This document shows, piece after piece, positions 12,450-27,159 of a stretch of 64,000 nt of DNA. The stretch covers positions 155,560,001 through 155,624,000 of the forward strand of contig CM059431.1 in NCBI GenBank assembly GCA_030390025.1, given 5' to 3'. Under the pieces are notes generated by a model. It made no database searches. It was not told the DNA's origin and was given only the letters and a program-made list of their open reading frames with translations. Numbering within the stretch: position 1 is the first letter of the stretch; each line of letters begins with the position of its first letter. Made by a program: the position numbers and the translations under genes. The stretch is from Squalus acanthias. Lineage: Eukaryota.

Positions 12450-13380
12450 CCAAGAATTTTCTATCCATTTAATTAATAGTTATTTCCTGGATTTTTGTTC
12501 ACATGTGAATCACGATGCATTTCTCTACATTGAATTCCATCTGCCGTCTGTCTGCTCAATTCCAACTATATTTGTATCCTTCTGTATCTTATTCCATTCA
12601 TCTTTGAAATATCCCATCTTCTTTCATTTAATAATAGATTCATGCAGAACACAAGACGGCCAATCGGCCTTTGCGTCTATGCATGCTCTTTGAATGAGCA
12701 AAACAATTAGTCCCACGGATCTGCTCTTTCCGCATAATCCTGCCAATTTTCCAACTTGAAATATGAATCCAAATCCTTTTTGAAATTTACTATTGAATCT
12801 GCTTCCACCACCCTTTGAGACATTTCATTCCAGATATGACAACTCACTTTGTGAAACAAAATACCTCGTTTCTCCCCTGTTTTTTGCCAATTGCCTTAAA
12901 TCTGTGTCCCCTTGTTACCGACCCTCCTGCTATTGGAAATAGTTTCTTCTTATATACCCCGCGAAAATCCCTCACAATTTAGCGTTGTATAATCTCCAGG
13001 TTTAGCACTTGTGCTTGTGACTCCGATCTCTGGATCATTTATAAAGATATTAAACAACAAAGTTATCAAAACAGACCCTTGTGGGAACTCACTACTAACA
13101 TTCTCCCAGGCTGATGACCTCTGAGATCCATAAATGTCTCCCCACTTAATCATGTTTCAAGTGATTCCCGCTTTCTTTATTTTCAGTACCAGCTTTTCCA
13201 GAGGAACTGCCTCAAAGGCCTTACTGAAATCAAAGCGCAGCGTCCATTGCATTGCCCCTGTTAAGCTCCTTTGTCAGAATTTCAAAGAAAACCAGTGAAA
13301 TAGATTGGCAAGACCGTCCCTTCATGAACCTATTTGGGCTATTTTTTACGATTGTATTTCTATTCAGCTGTTCCAAGATC
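12450..13380 (-). mobile_element. Old CR1 RT fragments with a short nested CR1 3' end
   Basis: ORF 12950-13153 FPQGSVLITLLFNIFIND. Confidence 0.75.
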
Positions 13381-14396
13381 TTGGGGTGTAATAGGGTCTA
13401 GGCAGGTAGGCAAAACATGCGGAATCGCATTTGCCGTCCGTTATAGGACAAACCTGATATTCAATCTATTGAACTTAATGGAACTTCATATCAACTGATG
13501 TGTATAACATGTGACCCATGCAATACCAACTGCTAGACGTGATATATACCTTAGTGTAATATGCGATACATCTTTTAGTGCAAGGTTCATTACTGTGTCA
13601 GTGTTAAAATAAATACATCAGTTGACAGAGTGCATCCTTTTCTAATTCCAATTGTTGATCTAAACCATTATGTTAGCTTCTTATCTGCTTTAACAGCGCT
13701 CAGGGACATTTTATAGCTTTTTTACATAATTCTGACAAATTTCTCAGGGAATAGTTTACATCCACAAGACATGCCATATCATTTCCCGCTCGTACAGTGT
13801 CAAAGATCTGCATAAAATATATGAAGTTCCTGTAAAAATGGATGTTGTGTTCCATAAATGTCTTCGAAATCTGTCGCAGTTGCCAAAAAATAAACAATTT
13901 TTCTATCACACTTTGTCCTGCTCGAAAACCAGCTTGTTCTTGATTAATATTACATCTTTGTATCTTTTCATTCTGCTCTGCAGCGTCGTACTAAATACTT
14001 GTCTTGGTATATCTATAAGCTGATTCGTCTGTAATTGTTGCATTTCCTCTGATTTCTTTTTGCGAAGATTGTCAATAATATCGCCTTTCCCAGTCTTCAG
14101 GTACTTCCTTTTCTTCATGAATTTTGTCATACAGCATTTGCGCCATTCTACATAAGTTCTTCACCACCTTGCAACAGCACTGCAATGATATAATCGATAC
14201 CGGGAGCCTTTATACTTTGCAAACTTGCAATACAAATAATTACTTCTTACAGAGATCTTAAAAAAATGTTATTCAGTTCTCTTGCAATATTATTTTCTAA
14301 ATTTCCCTTTGCCATTTTGATGCATTTTATACTTGTGGCCTGCTTTTATAACTGAATCCATCTTAATTATATCCCATGAACTTGATGATCTTACAT

Positions 14397-15660
14397 CATA
14401 AATCACAGAATCTTACAGCACTGAAATAATCATTTCGGCTCATCGTCCCTGTTTCGGCTCTTTGAAAGAGCTATCCAATCAGTCCCACTTCCTCATTCTT
14501 TCACAATAGCATTTAAATTGTCTCCCTTCAATTAATTATCCACCCCCTTTTGAAAGTCATGATCGAATCTGCTTCCAACACACTTTCAGGAAGCACATTC
14601 CAGATCATATCAACTCGCTGAGTGAACAAATGTCTACCTCTCAATTCTTGCTAATTTTATAATTACCTTATATCTGTGTTGTGTGATTACCGACCCTCCT
14701 GCTACTGGAAAAAAATCCTCCCTATGCACTCTATCAACAGTCTTAATGATTTTGAACATCTCTATTAAATCGCGTTTAACGTTCTCTGATCTGAGGAGAA
14801 CAATTCCAGCTTTTCTCGTCTCTCCACGTAACTGAAGTCCCTCATCCCTGGTACAATTCTAGCAAATCTGCGCTGCACCCACTCCATGGCCTTGACATCA
14901 TTCTTAAAGTGTGGCGCCCATAATTAGACGTTATATTCCAGCTGAGGCCCAACCACTCATTTATATAGGTTTAGCTCAACTTCTTGCTAATTTACTCCAT
15001 ATCTCTATTTATAAAACCAAGGATCCCATATACTTTCTAACAGCCTTATCAACTTGTCCTGCCACATTTAAATATTTATGTAAGTAAACCGCCAGAACTC
15101 TGTTTCTACACTACTTTTAAAATTGTACCATTTATTTTACAATGCATCTCTTCAATCTGCCTTCCAAAAGGCATGAATTCATACTTCTCTGCGTCAAATT
15201 TCATCTGGCAAATATCTGCCCATTTCACCACCCTGTCTATTTGCTCTTGAATGCTAATATTATAGTCCTCACTGTTTATTATATTTTCGAATTTCGTGTC
15301 ATTTGCAAGCTGTAAAATGATTCCCTGCGTACCCAATTCCAGGATATTAATATACATCAAAAAGGGCAGCGGTGCTAACACCGAATCCTTGAGGACACCA
15401 CCGTATACTTCCCTGTAGTCTTACAAACAACTATTCACAATTACTACTCTGGGTTATGTCCCTGAGCTAATTGCATATCCACGCTGCAACTGCCGATTAA
15501 AACTTATGGTCTTCAATTTTGCTAACAAATCTATTATGTGGTACATTTTCAAACCACTTTTGAAAGTGCATATATACAACGTGAACGCATTCTCGGCATA
15601 AATCCTCTCTGTTATGTCATCACAGAAATAATAATTACCTGAACGGGTATTGAACCAGAG
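14397..15660 (-). mobile_element. 5'-truncated degenerate CR1 LINE
   Basis: ORF 15106-15381 LANDTK...WADICQMKF; CR1 3' tail catcataaatcacagaat. Confidence 0.88.
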
Positions 15661-16559
15661 CAGCAGAGATGAGAGCGCGGAATCGTAATCATTAGACCAC
15701 GAGGAACATTCTGCCTTTAGCCTGTTGTTATTTATGTAAGTGTTGCTTACTATCTTGTAACTTTTATTTGCATTGGTACACATTGATGCTTTGCATTCCC
15801 TTCAGGAATTTAGAAATTATTGTTCCTGTCAGTTTCTGCTAAGTTAAAATCTCTAACCACACTTTATGGTCTCTTACTAGTCGCATTTCTTGTCTTATTC
15901 ACAGTCCCAGATTAACGTTTACTTCCTGGCCTGGGGGTTTATACCCTACCCCTCGTGATAGCTACCTCTGTAATTATCTATGAATTAAGCTAAAGTGATT
16001 TTGTGTCTGCGTCCTTTCAAATGTTGTTGCATTTCTCACTTGTCCTTCAATACTGGGCATTATACATACTGTCACATAACTTCCTTTTCTCCTCATACCG
16101 TCTCATCAAAGCAATATATAAGTTCCAGATATGTACCCATTGAAAGTTGTCATTCCACCATGTGTTCACGATGCTAATGATAACCAATCTGATACCCCTG
16201 AAAGACTTTTCACGTCACTCATCTTATTTGTCAGACGTTATTTTCACTATTAAAAGTAAAGCTGGTTAGCTTTTACCTTTACCATTCGCATTAGTTAATT
16301 GTTTACTTCGTTTTTATTCCGCCATTGGAATTAGAATTATTAATCATAATGATTTATGTTTTCAGTGGCACAGCTTAAGGTTTGCTGCAATCGCTATAGC
16401 TGCTCTATTTCACCGACCGCAAATATCCCCGCATTAGTTTAAATGATCCTCCTGTATTCTATCTGCACTGTCTGATAACACATCTAAACCCCACCTTTGT
16501 TTAGGTGCTGCACCAATAGTTCAGTATCGGTAGCATCTGATATTTTTTGAAGAACTGCA

Positions 16560-19500
16560 AGGCTGCATAATTATCCTAATTGTATCTCGATGCAGCTGGA
16601 AAATAATTGGAAAGGTGGTTGGGGGCGATCGAATTGTCGTGGTCCATTAGGTACCGAACGACACGGGAAAGAACATTGTGGAGGGCCTGCTGAGGGAGTA
16701 CCAGGAGTTAAGCGCCAATTAAAAGGAAGACCTCGTGGGTAATTATATTGGCATTCTGACCCAAGACACGTGAAAATTTAAATAGGGACCATAAGATTAG
16801 GAATGTTGATACTTGGCTAAAGAATTGGTGTGGGAAAGAAAATTTACATTTCAATGGACACCGTTATCCATACTGGGAAGGGAAGGAGCTGGACTACTTG
16901 AACTGGGTTCACCTGAAGTGGGTTAGGACCATGTTCTAGCTCATAGGATACTAGCGCTGTAGAAAATATATTAAACCAATAAAAGGCGGGAATGGCGCTC
17001 AGGCAGAAGTTATAGGAAATTAGACAAAATAACGGATAAAATCATAAAAGAAATGATAAAAAAAGAGTTTGATGAGTTAAAATGTGGGCAAAAACATCAG
17101 GAAATGAGAGCAGCACAGGGTCCATTGTTCAATTAATAGTTCTGTACACGAAATGACGTAGCATAAGTAATAATTCAAGTGAATTCGAAGCGCAAATTCA
17201 ACTTAAAATGTATGACGTTGTGGCCATAAGTAAGATGTCGTAAAAAGCACAATATGACTGGTAGAGAGAGATATTCTACGTTGTAAGTTCTAGGGAAAGG
17301 TCATGGCAATTACAAAAAGAAGAGTTGAAATATTGAAAATGGGCACTTTTACTGCCTTTTAAAGAGAGGGTATCAGCAAGGTTGAGCTTACAGTAGAAAG
17401 GGTATGAGTAGAACTGAGGAATAGAAAATGAAGCTATGCATTGGTGGGATTTGTTTCTAAACCTCCACATAGCACGAATAATGTGGCAGGATACATGAAC
17501 TTTGTGATTAGGGAAACTTTTACAAAAACAGCATAGTATAATCGGAGACTTCAATTTTCATGCAGACTGGGCGAAGCAGACCAGCTCGATTCCCAGAGGT
17601 AGCGAATTTCTTGAGTGTATTCAGAAAAAAATTCTGAAACAATGGCCCAAACATTGTGGTCGGCGACATGACTCCGGAGTACGACCAACGAAAAGAATAC
17701 AAGCTTACCTTGTGCGAGCCCCCACACATATATTTGCTGTTCGGCATTGCAGAGTTGTGCGCAGCGTATTACATCATGAAGGCCTATGCGTAAGGGATGA
17801 AATGCCCGCAAAATCTGTGGCACTAAGCCACGTCCACAGAAACTTCTTTCGGTCTCTTCAATTGAAATTGCACTCTAAAAACTTTTTAAAACTCCTAAAA
17901 TCTTTTTTTTAAAACTTTGGATTAAACTGCTAGTTGGACTTGTTTCATATATCAGCATTGTGATAAAATTATGGAACAAAATACCAACAATAATTTGGTA
18001 TCTGTTTTCCATTTGAAGGTTAAAAAAGATAATTTGAGTTCAATGGAAAGATTCTCGTCCTTTGACCGTTTACTAAAGTGAAATACATCGTTTAGCTGTT
18101 CAACCTTCTATTGAGGTTGAAACAGTTTCTATCACTTGGAAAGTGTATGCAAATTTAATTTATTTTTATTTCATACAAAGAAACAGATTCCTTTTCTTAT
18201 TTGCACTAAGGAGCATTTTAGAGCATTGTAGAGTGTTTTGCTAGCCCACAGATTCCCCAGTTCTTGATCAAACAATTGGAGAGCAGAAAATATTGATAAA
18301 ATGCAATATTAATTTTCATATTTTACATTTTTTATGTTTCTAAATGCTTCCACTATGGGCATGTATTTTATTATGAAGTGCTTCCAGAATTCGTAACAAC
18401 ACATTCAGAAGCATCAAATGGGTTTATTTCATAGTGAAACAGGCTCCTGCTCCTCCTTTCACTAACCGTAAAATTTTCGGATGCAACTGCTGGGCAGTTG
18501 GTTGTAAATTATCCGAACTCTGCGCCAGCAATTAGTACATTCCCCGTCGATGCAGATCATGTGTGAAGTTGGAACTTGACAGATCGCAAGCTGTGTATTT
18601 AGCGCATGCGAAAGTACATGTGGTAATCCAGAGTTTGCAGTCAATTTCAAAGGAAGTATTATGGCGTATTCTCAGAATATGCCATTACACGAACCTCAAA
18701 ATTTGCCCAATGTGTTCTTGCATCAACAAGGGAACAGGCCATCTTATATTTAATAATGAGTAATGCGCTTGAATTAGTCAATATTTTAACGTAAAGGGAA
18801 CACCTAACTAACAGTGGCCATAATATTATAGAATTCGGTTTTAGTTTTGAGAGCTAAAATGTTGAGTCACGAATCAAGATTTTAAATTTAGGTAAGGCTG
18901 ACTTTGGAGCGATGAGGCAGGAATTAATCACAATAGACTGGGCAGAACTGTTAACGGAAAACACTGCAAATGAGCAGTGGAAGTATTCAAAATATTATTT
19001 GGTAGAATACAAGACGTGTATGTATTCCTAAAGGGCGAGAGCACTGCATGTACAATTGCACAAATTTGCTGAACAATTTAAGTGAGAGTTAGTTTGAAGC
19101 AAAAGGAAGGTTAAGAACAGTAGAGATGCGTGGGCTGGGAGAGATAAAATGAACAGCAGAGGGATACAAATAAAGTGTTAATAGGTGCTGTAAGGGAATA
19201 CGAGAAACAGCTTGCAAAGGCTATCAAAAACAGCAGTTTCCAAATATATTACCGGAAAGAGGGTGTCTAAGAATAATGTGCGTCCCGTAATTTCAGACGC
19301 TGTTGATATTTTACTTGCAAATCTGAAAATTGACAGACTTACAAAATAAGTAGTTTGTACCGGTCTTCACAGTAGATGATCAAAATAGGGAGAAAGTAAC
19401 AGAGATACATGAAAACTAAAACTAAATCAAGGGAAGGAGCTAACTAGATTCAAGATAAGTAAACATATGATGATGGAGAAACTGATGAGATTAACAATAG

Positions 19501-20040
19501 ACAAATCAGCAGAACACGATGGTTTTTACCCCAGGGAATTAAAATAACTAGGTGCGGAAATTGTTGCTGCGTTAGGTGCATTTTGAGGGAGAGCGTTGCA
19601 GATTTCAACTACACTACGCCCTAAAAGGGCTAAATTATAAGGACAGAATGCATAGACTCGGATTTCATTCCCTTGAATATAAAAGATTAAGGGTGTTTAA
19701 CATGATAACAGATTTGATAGTGTAGATTGCGAGAAACTATTTACTCCGATGTGGGAGTCCAGCACAAGTTGGCAGTGCAGAGCTAATTTCAGAAAGCACA
19801 ACTTCACACAAAGCGTATTTGAAATCTGCAACGCTCTCCCTCAAAAAGCAGTTGAGGGCAGGTCAATTTTGAATTGATTACTGACATTGATATATTTTTA
19901 TTATGCAAATGTATTAAGAGTTACAGAAACAAGGTCGGTAGATGTAGTTAATATACAGATCCGCCATGATCTAATTGAATGGCGGAACAGGCTCGCAGAG
20001 GTGATTGGCCTACTTATGTTCCTATGTTTCTGTTCTATGT
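16560..20040 (+). mobile_element. Old fragmented CR1 (ORF1 esterase, endonuclease, RT, 3' UTR), interrupted at ~17700-18700
   Basis: Decayed equivalents of the 25853-30060 element appear in order (gtcgtggtcca..ggtacc, ggagacttcaatttt, tttaggtaaggctgacttt). Ends in a (TTCTATG)-like tail at ~20040. Confidence 0.7.
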
Positions 20041-22260
20041 CTTCCTGCACATGCAGTATTTCACAAAAGACTACACTTTTATTCCTTCGCTTATGCTTCC
20101 TTTAGAATACCCTAAATTCAAGAGGAAGGATCTATTGCATTCTTCTACATGTTATTATTTCCAACATTTACCACAACAATTGGTTCCTTGCTTGCTCCCT
20201 GCAGTATTCCGTCAACCCAGTATGTCAGCTCTTCAATCCATCCACCCGGGAGGCAACACACTATTTGTTTTCCAGATCATCTTTCTACAGAATTCTACTT
20301 GTTCACTGAAATATCGAATCCGCAAATGCCACATACTTGTCAGATACTCTATGTCTATTCGGTTGTTCCCTCACAGGCTGCTGGATTATCCCATATTGCC
20401 ATGTCATAACTAAGCCTTGAGTCTCCACATCAAGGGGGTAATTTTAATTTTGGACGATAGTGTAAGTTGGGAGATATTAAACGATATGAGCGTTATCTCC
20501 TATCTATTTCCATGGGAGCGCATTTGAGGGAGAGGTCCAGGATTGAACCATTACCGGACCGTGACCTCACATCCACTTGCTAGCAGAAACCCACTCTCCA
20601 CTTGTAATTACCGGGGTCCCTTCTCGTACTCTGGCGCCGTTGTTGTATTCTCTAATAGCTCATCGATAAAAGTGCCTCCCTAATGTTCTGATGCGTGACC
20701 AGTAGCTCGCTAAGGCTGAACACATTCAGCCTACATTACATCGACCAGCTTGCAGTTGTTGCAGGTGCACATTTCAGAATATGCGACGGGAAGGAAAGCA
20801 TCTCACAACTTCTACAACTCACAAACTAGTTCATCCTCGTGTAACGTTATCTTTTAAACATGTTTGAGATCAGAAAATAACCTTAAAGAGTACAAAATTA
20901 AAAAGCCAAATTCTCATTAATTAAATTACTTGAATTCGAATATCCTTTTAGAAAATAATTGCTGCTCTTGTTCCTTGGTTAGTTTACTGACCACCTCCTC
21001 CCTCCTCTCCTGCAACGAATTGCATCTTCACGAAATTCCCGAATCACCTAAAACATACACATCGTTCAACATTGATTTGATTGTATAGTCTTGCAGCAAA
21101 CAGATCGTACTCGCTTACTGACCAACAATCCTTAACTTTGTCATGGTTTTCAACCTGATTGATCTGTCAAGCAATTTATTCGGCTGAATTCAGTTACAGT
21201 GAAATTAGTTAACAAAGCCCACCCTCTAAATGCAATGTTAACAAATTCCGTAAGCAAATGTGTACTTAGAGAATATAGTGCCTGGAATATATGTATCTCC
21301 CAAGGTTGAACGCTGTGCCTCGGGATCAAAGCCTGCGCAAACAAGTGAAGCTCAATCTCTTGTCAGCTGAAAGCACTCTGACAGAATTAACCCTTTCCTT
21401 TCAATCGCATCTTGAACTCTGTGCTCTCGAATATACAACGCATAACTACGTTAAAGATACAAAGCAGTTACAACTGTTCAGTCAGCCCCCCGCCACTTAA
21501 TATCTAAATATCACCTGAACAATGATCGATTTACAGCAATTCTCCAGAAATGTATCTGCTGTTCTCTCCCCTCGTGTTCAACATGGTAAGCTGGCTTATA
21601 CATGACGATGATTGATTACCCTTACCCAGGACTCCTGTTAACCCACTTACATCGGTTCTTGCAGTAGATACTGTCACACAGTAGAAGGGAGGCAAACGGG
21701 AAAGTATCACCGCACTGCAAACACTCGCCCCCATGAAACAAGCTTTGAACGACATCACAGGACGTTGAACAGAAGTCAGGATCGGAGATGCCGAAGCAGA
21801 CACCCGGCACAGCAGATTGTTTTGGCAGTTTATCTTCCTATTTTCTTGCTACTTCTTCAATCATGCGATCCCGAACCTTGGAAACGATATAACCTGCTGT
21901 TGCATTGATTGGCCACTTGTCCGCTAGCACTTTCCTTCACGACTATATCCAAACACTTACCCCCTCCACTTTTAATAGGTTAGTTAGAAGAGTCGGTTAG
22001 TAGTGCAAGACAGACTGACTATAAAATCCTGAAAAAATAGATGTTCAGTAGCTTTTACACTGCAAAGCACTAGCACTGAAAAATACGTTCCGTGTGACTC
22101 GATGGTACGTTTGAGAGAACTGCACTTGGGAGGATTTACTGAGCTGGACTGAGTACGTTTAAAGGGAGGAAAGCAGAATCGTTAACTGGAGGCCCACAAC
22201 ACGGTCTAGGTCAACTGAAGTGATGCAGACTTCGGCATTCCCGCATTTGAGCTATATATT

Positions 22261-23020
22261 GGCCAGGCTTTTGTGGTTATATTGACGGCGAAACTGTCAG
22301 CGTTCGCTGTCATTACGCTGCGAAACTGACAGAAACATCGGGAGTCCGCACATGCGCAGTTAAAGGCGGCAATCCAGAATTGCTGTCAGTGATCCCCTGC
22401 TCCTCCAGAGGGCCCGCTGTTAATGTATCCGCAGATGGCAATCTTTAGAATTCAATATTTGATGTGAACTTCCACGTTTACACTGTAATATCGCTGTGAA
22501 ACAAACCCGGAAAAGTTAAGCCTTTTGAATGAGAATTAATTGTTTTTTTAACGGCATATTAAGTCAATAACTACTGCGAAACAAACTCTCTAGCCCTGAA
22601 CAACTGATCTTACATTTCTGGAATATAACTTTTTTCCATTATGATGAAAAAATTCCATTGTTGTTAACATATATTTCTTTTAATACAAATTATTTATTAT
22701 ATTTCACCTTCTACCTTAATCACATGTGTAACAATCTTTATTTCGCTCTCTGTAAAATGGTCAAAAACGGAAAGATAATTAGTGCTTTTTACTTCCTGTT
22801 TTGCTGTCTGTGAGAATTATTCAATGTGATTGGCTGGTTAGCAAGCTTCAAGACATAATTGTTGCTGTATGCTGGAGATCTCCTATTGATGATTCCAGGA
22901 TGAAATTAATGTTGAGAAAGGTGAAATCGTCGACGCAGAGTTCGCCAGATCTTTGTGGGCAGCTTTCATCAGGGTAAGCATGACCACCATCGCTTCGCCG
23001 GTGACAACAAAATGCTGACC
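22261..23020. mobile_element. Non-autonomous DNA transposon (MITE), PIF/Harbinger-group-like
   Basis: Imperfect TIRs GGCCAGGCTTTTG / CAAAATGCTGACC with a 3-bp TSD ATT (22258-22260, 23021-23023). Confidence 0.75.
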
Positions 23021-24501
23021 ATTATTTCTGTGCACCAACGATAGTTGATTGGTAATTAGATCCTCATGTTAAAAGTCATTTTACACGATTCTTTGCAAAT
23101 TCCTTCTGCCGTCTCATGTGTTTCAATATTTTGAATCGCTTCATGGCTCTTGCAATAGCCACTTTTCCCCAAAAGATGAAAGTCCATCACTCGCATAACA
23201 CAAATGAACAACATAGTGTAAGCTTGTATATTGTTCCCTTAACGTAGAAAAAATGTTGGGAAGCATTTCACAGAATAGTATGAAATTAGAATGCAACGAA
23301 AAAGGATTTATTGCAGATGGTTGCCCAAGGTGATACATTTAAGAAGTGACAGATGAGGAGGATAGGGAAGGGGAGAAGGGAGGGAATACCAGAGAATGTA
23401 CCTACGCAGCTGAAGACACTGCTACGAATGGAAGGGTGATGGGACTTAGTTTGCACAGGAGGGAGGAGTCAGGGGAACAGAACGTTTTATAGGGGAAATT
23501 CTGTTCATGCATTTTGCAGAGATAGAGAAAGGTGAAATTATGGACGAATTTAAACACACCTATGTGTAATATAAATTTGAAGCTATGGGGGACTAGGAGT
23601 CAATGGAGGTCAACAAACTCTAGATAATGGACGAGTGAGACATGGCATTGATTAAGATATGGGCAGTGCAGTATTGGGTGAATTAATTATTCTGGAGGTT
23701 AATGGTAACAGGAGCATTGTAGTAATGGTACCGGGAGATTTCAAAGGCATGAATTACGGTTTGAATGGTAGATGGGCTTAGCTTAAGGCCGTTTCAGATC
23801 TATGGTAGAGGCAGAAAACTGATTGATCGGATCCGCAATGTGTTGAATAAAAATTGGGTTCAGACCTGTGAGGCGATATCACCTTCAAGCAGCTTGGAGA
23901 AAATAGCACGCGGTTTAAGCAATTAAACAACGAAATATATGACACAAGCGCTGAGTATTATTCCATTTCTGCCCGTTCGTGGAGTTCAAAAGATTTATAT
24001 GTCAAAATAATGTTAAAGATGATTATTTGTGATTGTTATTCATTAAAATTTGTCCAGGCCGGTTACATCCAGTAATATCAGGTCTACGAATATTACATCT
24101 GAGTATCTGATTATTTTTGACAAAATCACTGCTGTTCCGTGTGCTGACATCTTTTCTGAGAGTCCGAATGTAGGATCCCGAAAAAAAACAAGTTTCGGGC
24201 ACTTTCATCAATGCGATGAACTGAACAATGCGAATATGACCAACGTCAGTGATCAGTGGCCGGAACCGAGCAGGAGAAATAAATTATGAAAAATTTAGGG
24301 GAAAGGTTAGACATTTGGTCCATCATTTCAAAAACCATGGGTGCAGTAAAGGAAAGAGCGACAAGCCTAATACCGCTGCTAGAACTGACAGCAGCACCGT
24401 GACATCTGATGTACATGCTAAAGATTCCATCACAGCAATAGAACAAATAAATCCTGTCTGGAGCGAATCTCACATCAATATATCTAAAATTAGATGCCCT
24501 A

Positions 24502-25852
24502 CATAAGAACATAAGAAATAGGAGCAGGAATAGACAATTGACCCTTCGAGCCTGCTCCGCCATTCAATAAGATCATGGCTGATCTCGGCATCAAAGCCAC
24601 TTCCCAGCACGCGCCCCATGACCCTTCACTCCCTTATCTTGCAAAAATGTCTCTATCTCCACTTTAAATGTATTTAATGACCCAGCGTCCACAGCTTACC
24701 GGGGCAGAGTATTCCACAAATTTAGGATCCTCTGAGAGAAGAAGTTCCTCCTCATCTTAGTTCTTAAAGGGCGACCTTTTACACTGAGACTGTGCCTGCG
24801 AGTTCTAGATTTCCCCATGAGCGGAAACAACCTCTCTGCATCTACACTGTCGAGCCCCCTCACTACCTTATATGCTTCGATATGATCACCGCTCATTCTT
24901 CTAAATGCCAATGAGTATACGACCAGCCTGCTCAACCTTTCCTCAAATTTCAAATCCCTCATCTCTGGAATTAACTCAGGGAATCTTCTCTGAACTGCCT
25001 CCAAATCAGGTATATCCTTCCTTAAATAAGGAGACCAAAACAGTACGCAGTACTCAAATTGTGGTCTCAACAATACCTTGTAGTTGTAGCAGGACGTCCC
25101 TGCTTTTATCCTCCAACCCCCGTGAAATAAAGGCCAACATTCCATTTGCCTTTTTGATTACTTGCTGTACCTGCATGCTAACTTTTTGTGTTTCATGCAC
25201 AAGGACCCCAAGGGGACTCTGAACTGTAGCATTCTGTAGTCTCTCTTCATTTAAAAATAGTTAGCTTTTTTATTTTGCCTTCCAAAGTGGATAACCTCGC
25301 ACTTTCCCACATTATACTCCTTTTGCTGAATGTTTTCCCACTCACCTAGCCTGTCTATATCCCTTTGCAGATTCTTTGAGTACTCTGCACAAGTTGCTTT
25401 CCCATACATCTTTGTATCCTCCGCAAAATTGGTTATATTGCACTCGATCCCTTCATCCAAGTCATTAATGTAGATTATAAATATTTGATGTCCCAGCACC
25501 GATCCATGTGGCACCGCACTCGTTAGAGCTTGATAAACAGAAAATGACCCATTTATCCCGATCTCTGCTTTCTGTTAGTTAGCCGATTCTCTATCCATGC
25601 TAATATATTACCCCAACTCCATGAACTCTTATCTTATGCAGTAATCTTTTATGTGGCCCCTTATCGAAGGCCTTTGGAAATCCAAATACCCCACATCCAC
25701 TGGCTCACCCTTGTCCATCCTGCTTGTTACATCCTCGAAGAAGTCCAGCAAATTTGTTAAACATGATTTCCCTTTCATAACACCATGCTGACTCTGTTTG
25801 ACTGCAGTATGTATTTCGAAATGCCCTGCTAATGCTTCCTTACTGAAGAACT
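24502..25852 (-). mobile_element. CR1 LINE, 3' part (host of a nested insertion)
   Basis: ORFs 24696-25145 and 25251-25514 carry CR1 RT motifs; cataagaacataagaa tail. Confidence 0.93.
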
Positions 25853-26047
25853 CACTTTCGCGGGCTTTCTCCAGAGGCCAGTGTCGGGAGCAGAGAGAGC
25901 AGCAGCACAGTGAGTAGTTAAACGCACTTTCGTGGGCATTTTACAAAGGCCAGTGTCGGGAAAGGGCCCTTGAGTGTATCATTTAATTGAAGTGAAATTG
26001 CTGGCATTCATTTAATTAATTTTAATTAATTAATTAAATGGTGAGTC

Positions 26048-27000
26048 ATGGCAGGAGAGCTCCTCCCCGTAATATGCTCCTCCTGATATATTTGGGAAAT
26101 GAGGGACGGTTCCTGTGTCCCTGACGACCATGTGTGTGGGAAGTGTATCCAGCTGCAGCTACTGATAGACAGCATTGCGGGGCTGAAGCTGCGGATGGAT
26201 GCATATTGGAGCATTCGCGACGCTGAGAACGTCGTGGATTGCACTTTTAGCGAGTTGGTCACACCGCAGGTAAACGGTGTACAGGCAGGAATTGAATGGG
26301 TGACCACCAGGCAGAGTAAGAGGTGCAGGCAGTTAGTGCAAGGGTCCCCTGTGGACATCCCCCTCTCAAACAGATATACCACTTTGGATACTGTTGGGGG
26401 GATGACTTATCAGGGGCGGGCAGCAGCAGCCAACTTCCTGGCACCATGGGTGGCTCTGCTACACAGGCTGGGAGGAAAAAGATTGGAAGAGCTATAGTGA
26501 TAGGGGATTCAATTGTAAGGGGAATAGATAGGCGTTTCTATGGCCGCAAAGGAGATTCCAGGATGGTGTGTTGCCTCCCTGGTGCAAGGGTCAAGGACGT
26601 CTCGGAGCGGCTACCGAACATTTTAGAGAGGGAGGGTGAACAGCCAGTTGTCGTGGTGCACATCGGCATCAACGATATAGGTAAAAGACGGGATGCGATC
26701 CTAAAAGCAGAATATAGGGAGTTAGGAGGTAAATTAAAAAATAGGACCTCAAAGGTAGTAATCTCATGATTGCTACCAGTGCCACGTTCTAGTCAGAGTA
26801 GAAATAGGAGGATATTTCAAATGAATACGTGGCGAGAGGAATGGTGCAAGGGTGTGAGATTCAAATTCCTTGGATATTGGAACCGGTTCTAGGGGAGGTG
26901 GGACCATTACAAACGGAACGGTCTGCCCATGGGCAGGGCCGCGACCGATGTCCCCGGGGGGTGTTTGCTAGTGCTGTTGGTGGAGGGTTTAAAATATAGA
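26048..27000 (+). pseudogene. CR1 ORF1: CxxC-CxxC zinc finger, coiled coil, SGNH/GDSL-type esterase domain
   Basis: MAGELLPVICSS*...VCGKCIQLQLL, IVIGDSIVRG and VVVHIGIND motifs, split across frames. Confidence 0.88.
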
Positions 27001-27159
27001 GGTTTGGGAACCTGAGCAGGGAGACAGAGGAAGGGGAAACAAGGATAATAGCAAAAGACAGGAAGGAGAAAAACAAAAGTAGAAGGCAAAGAACTCAACG
27101 GTTCAAATCAAACATGGTCACAGTAAATAATAATTGATATAGGTCTGAATCGTTAAAAA

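Noticed and set aside
19979..20413. 144-aa ORF with a good acceptor at ~20105
   Set aside because: Starts inside a CR1 3' UTR, has no recognisable domain and no convincing donor.
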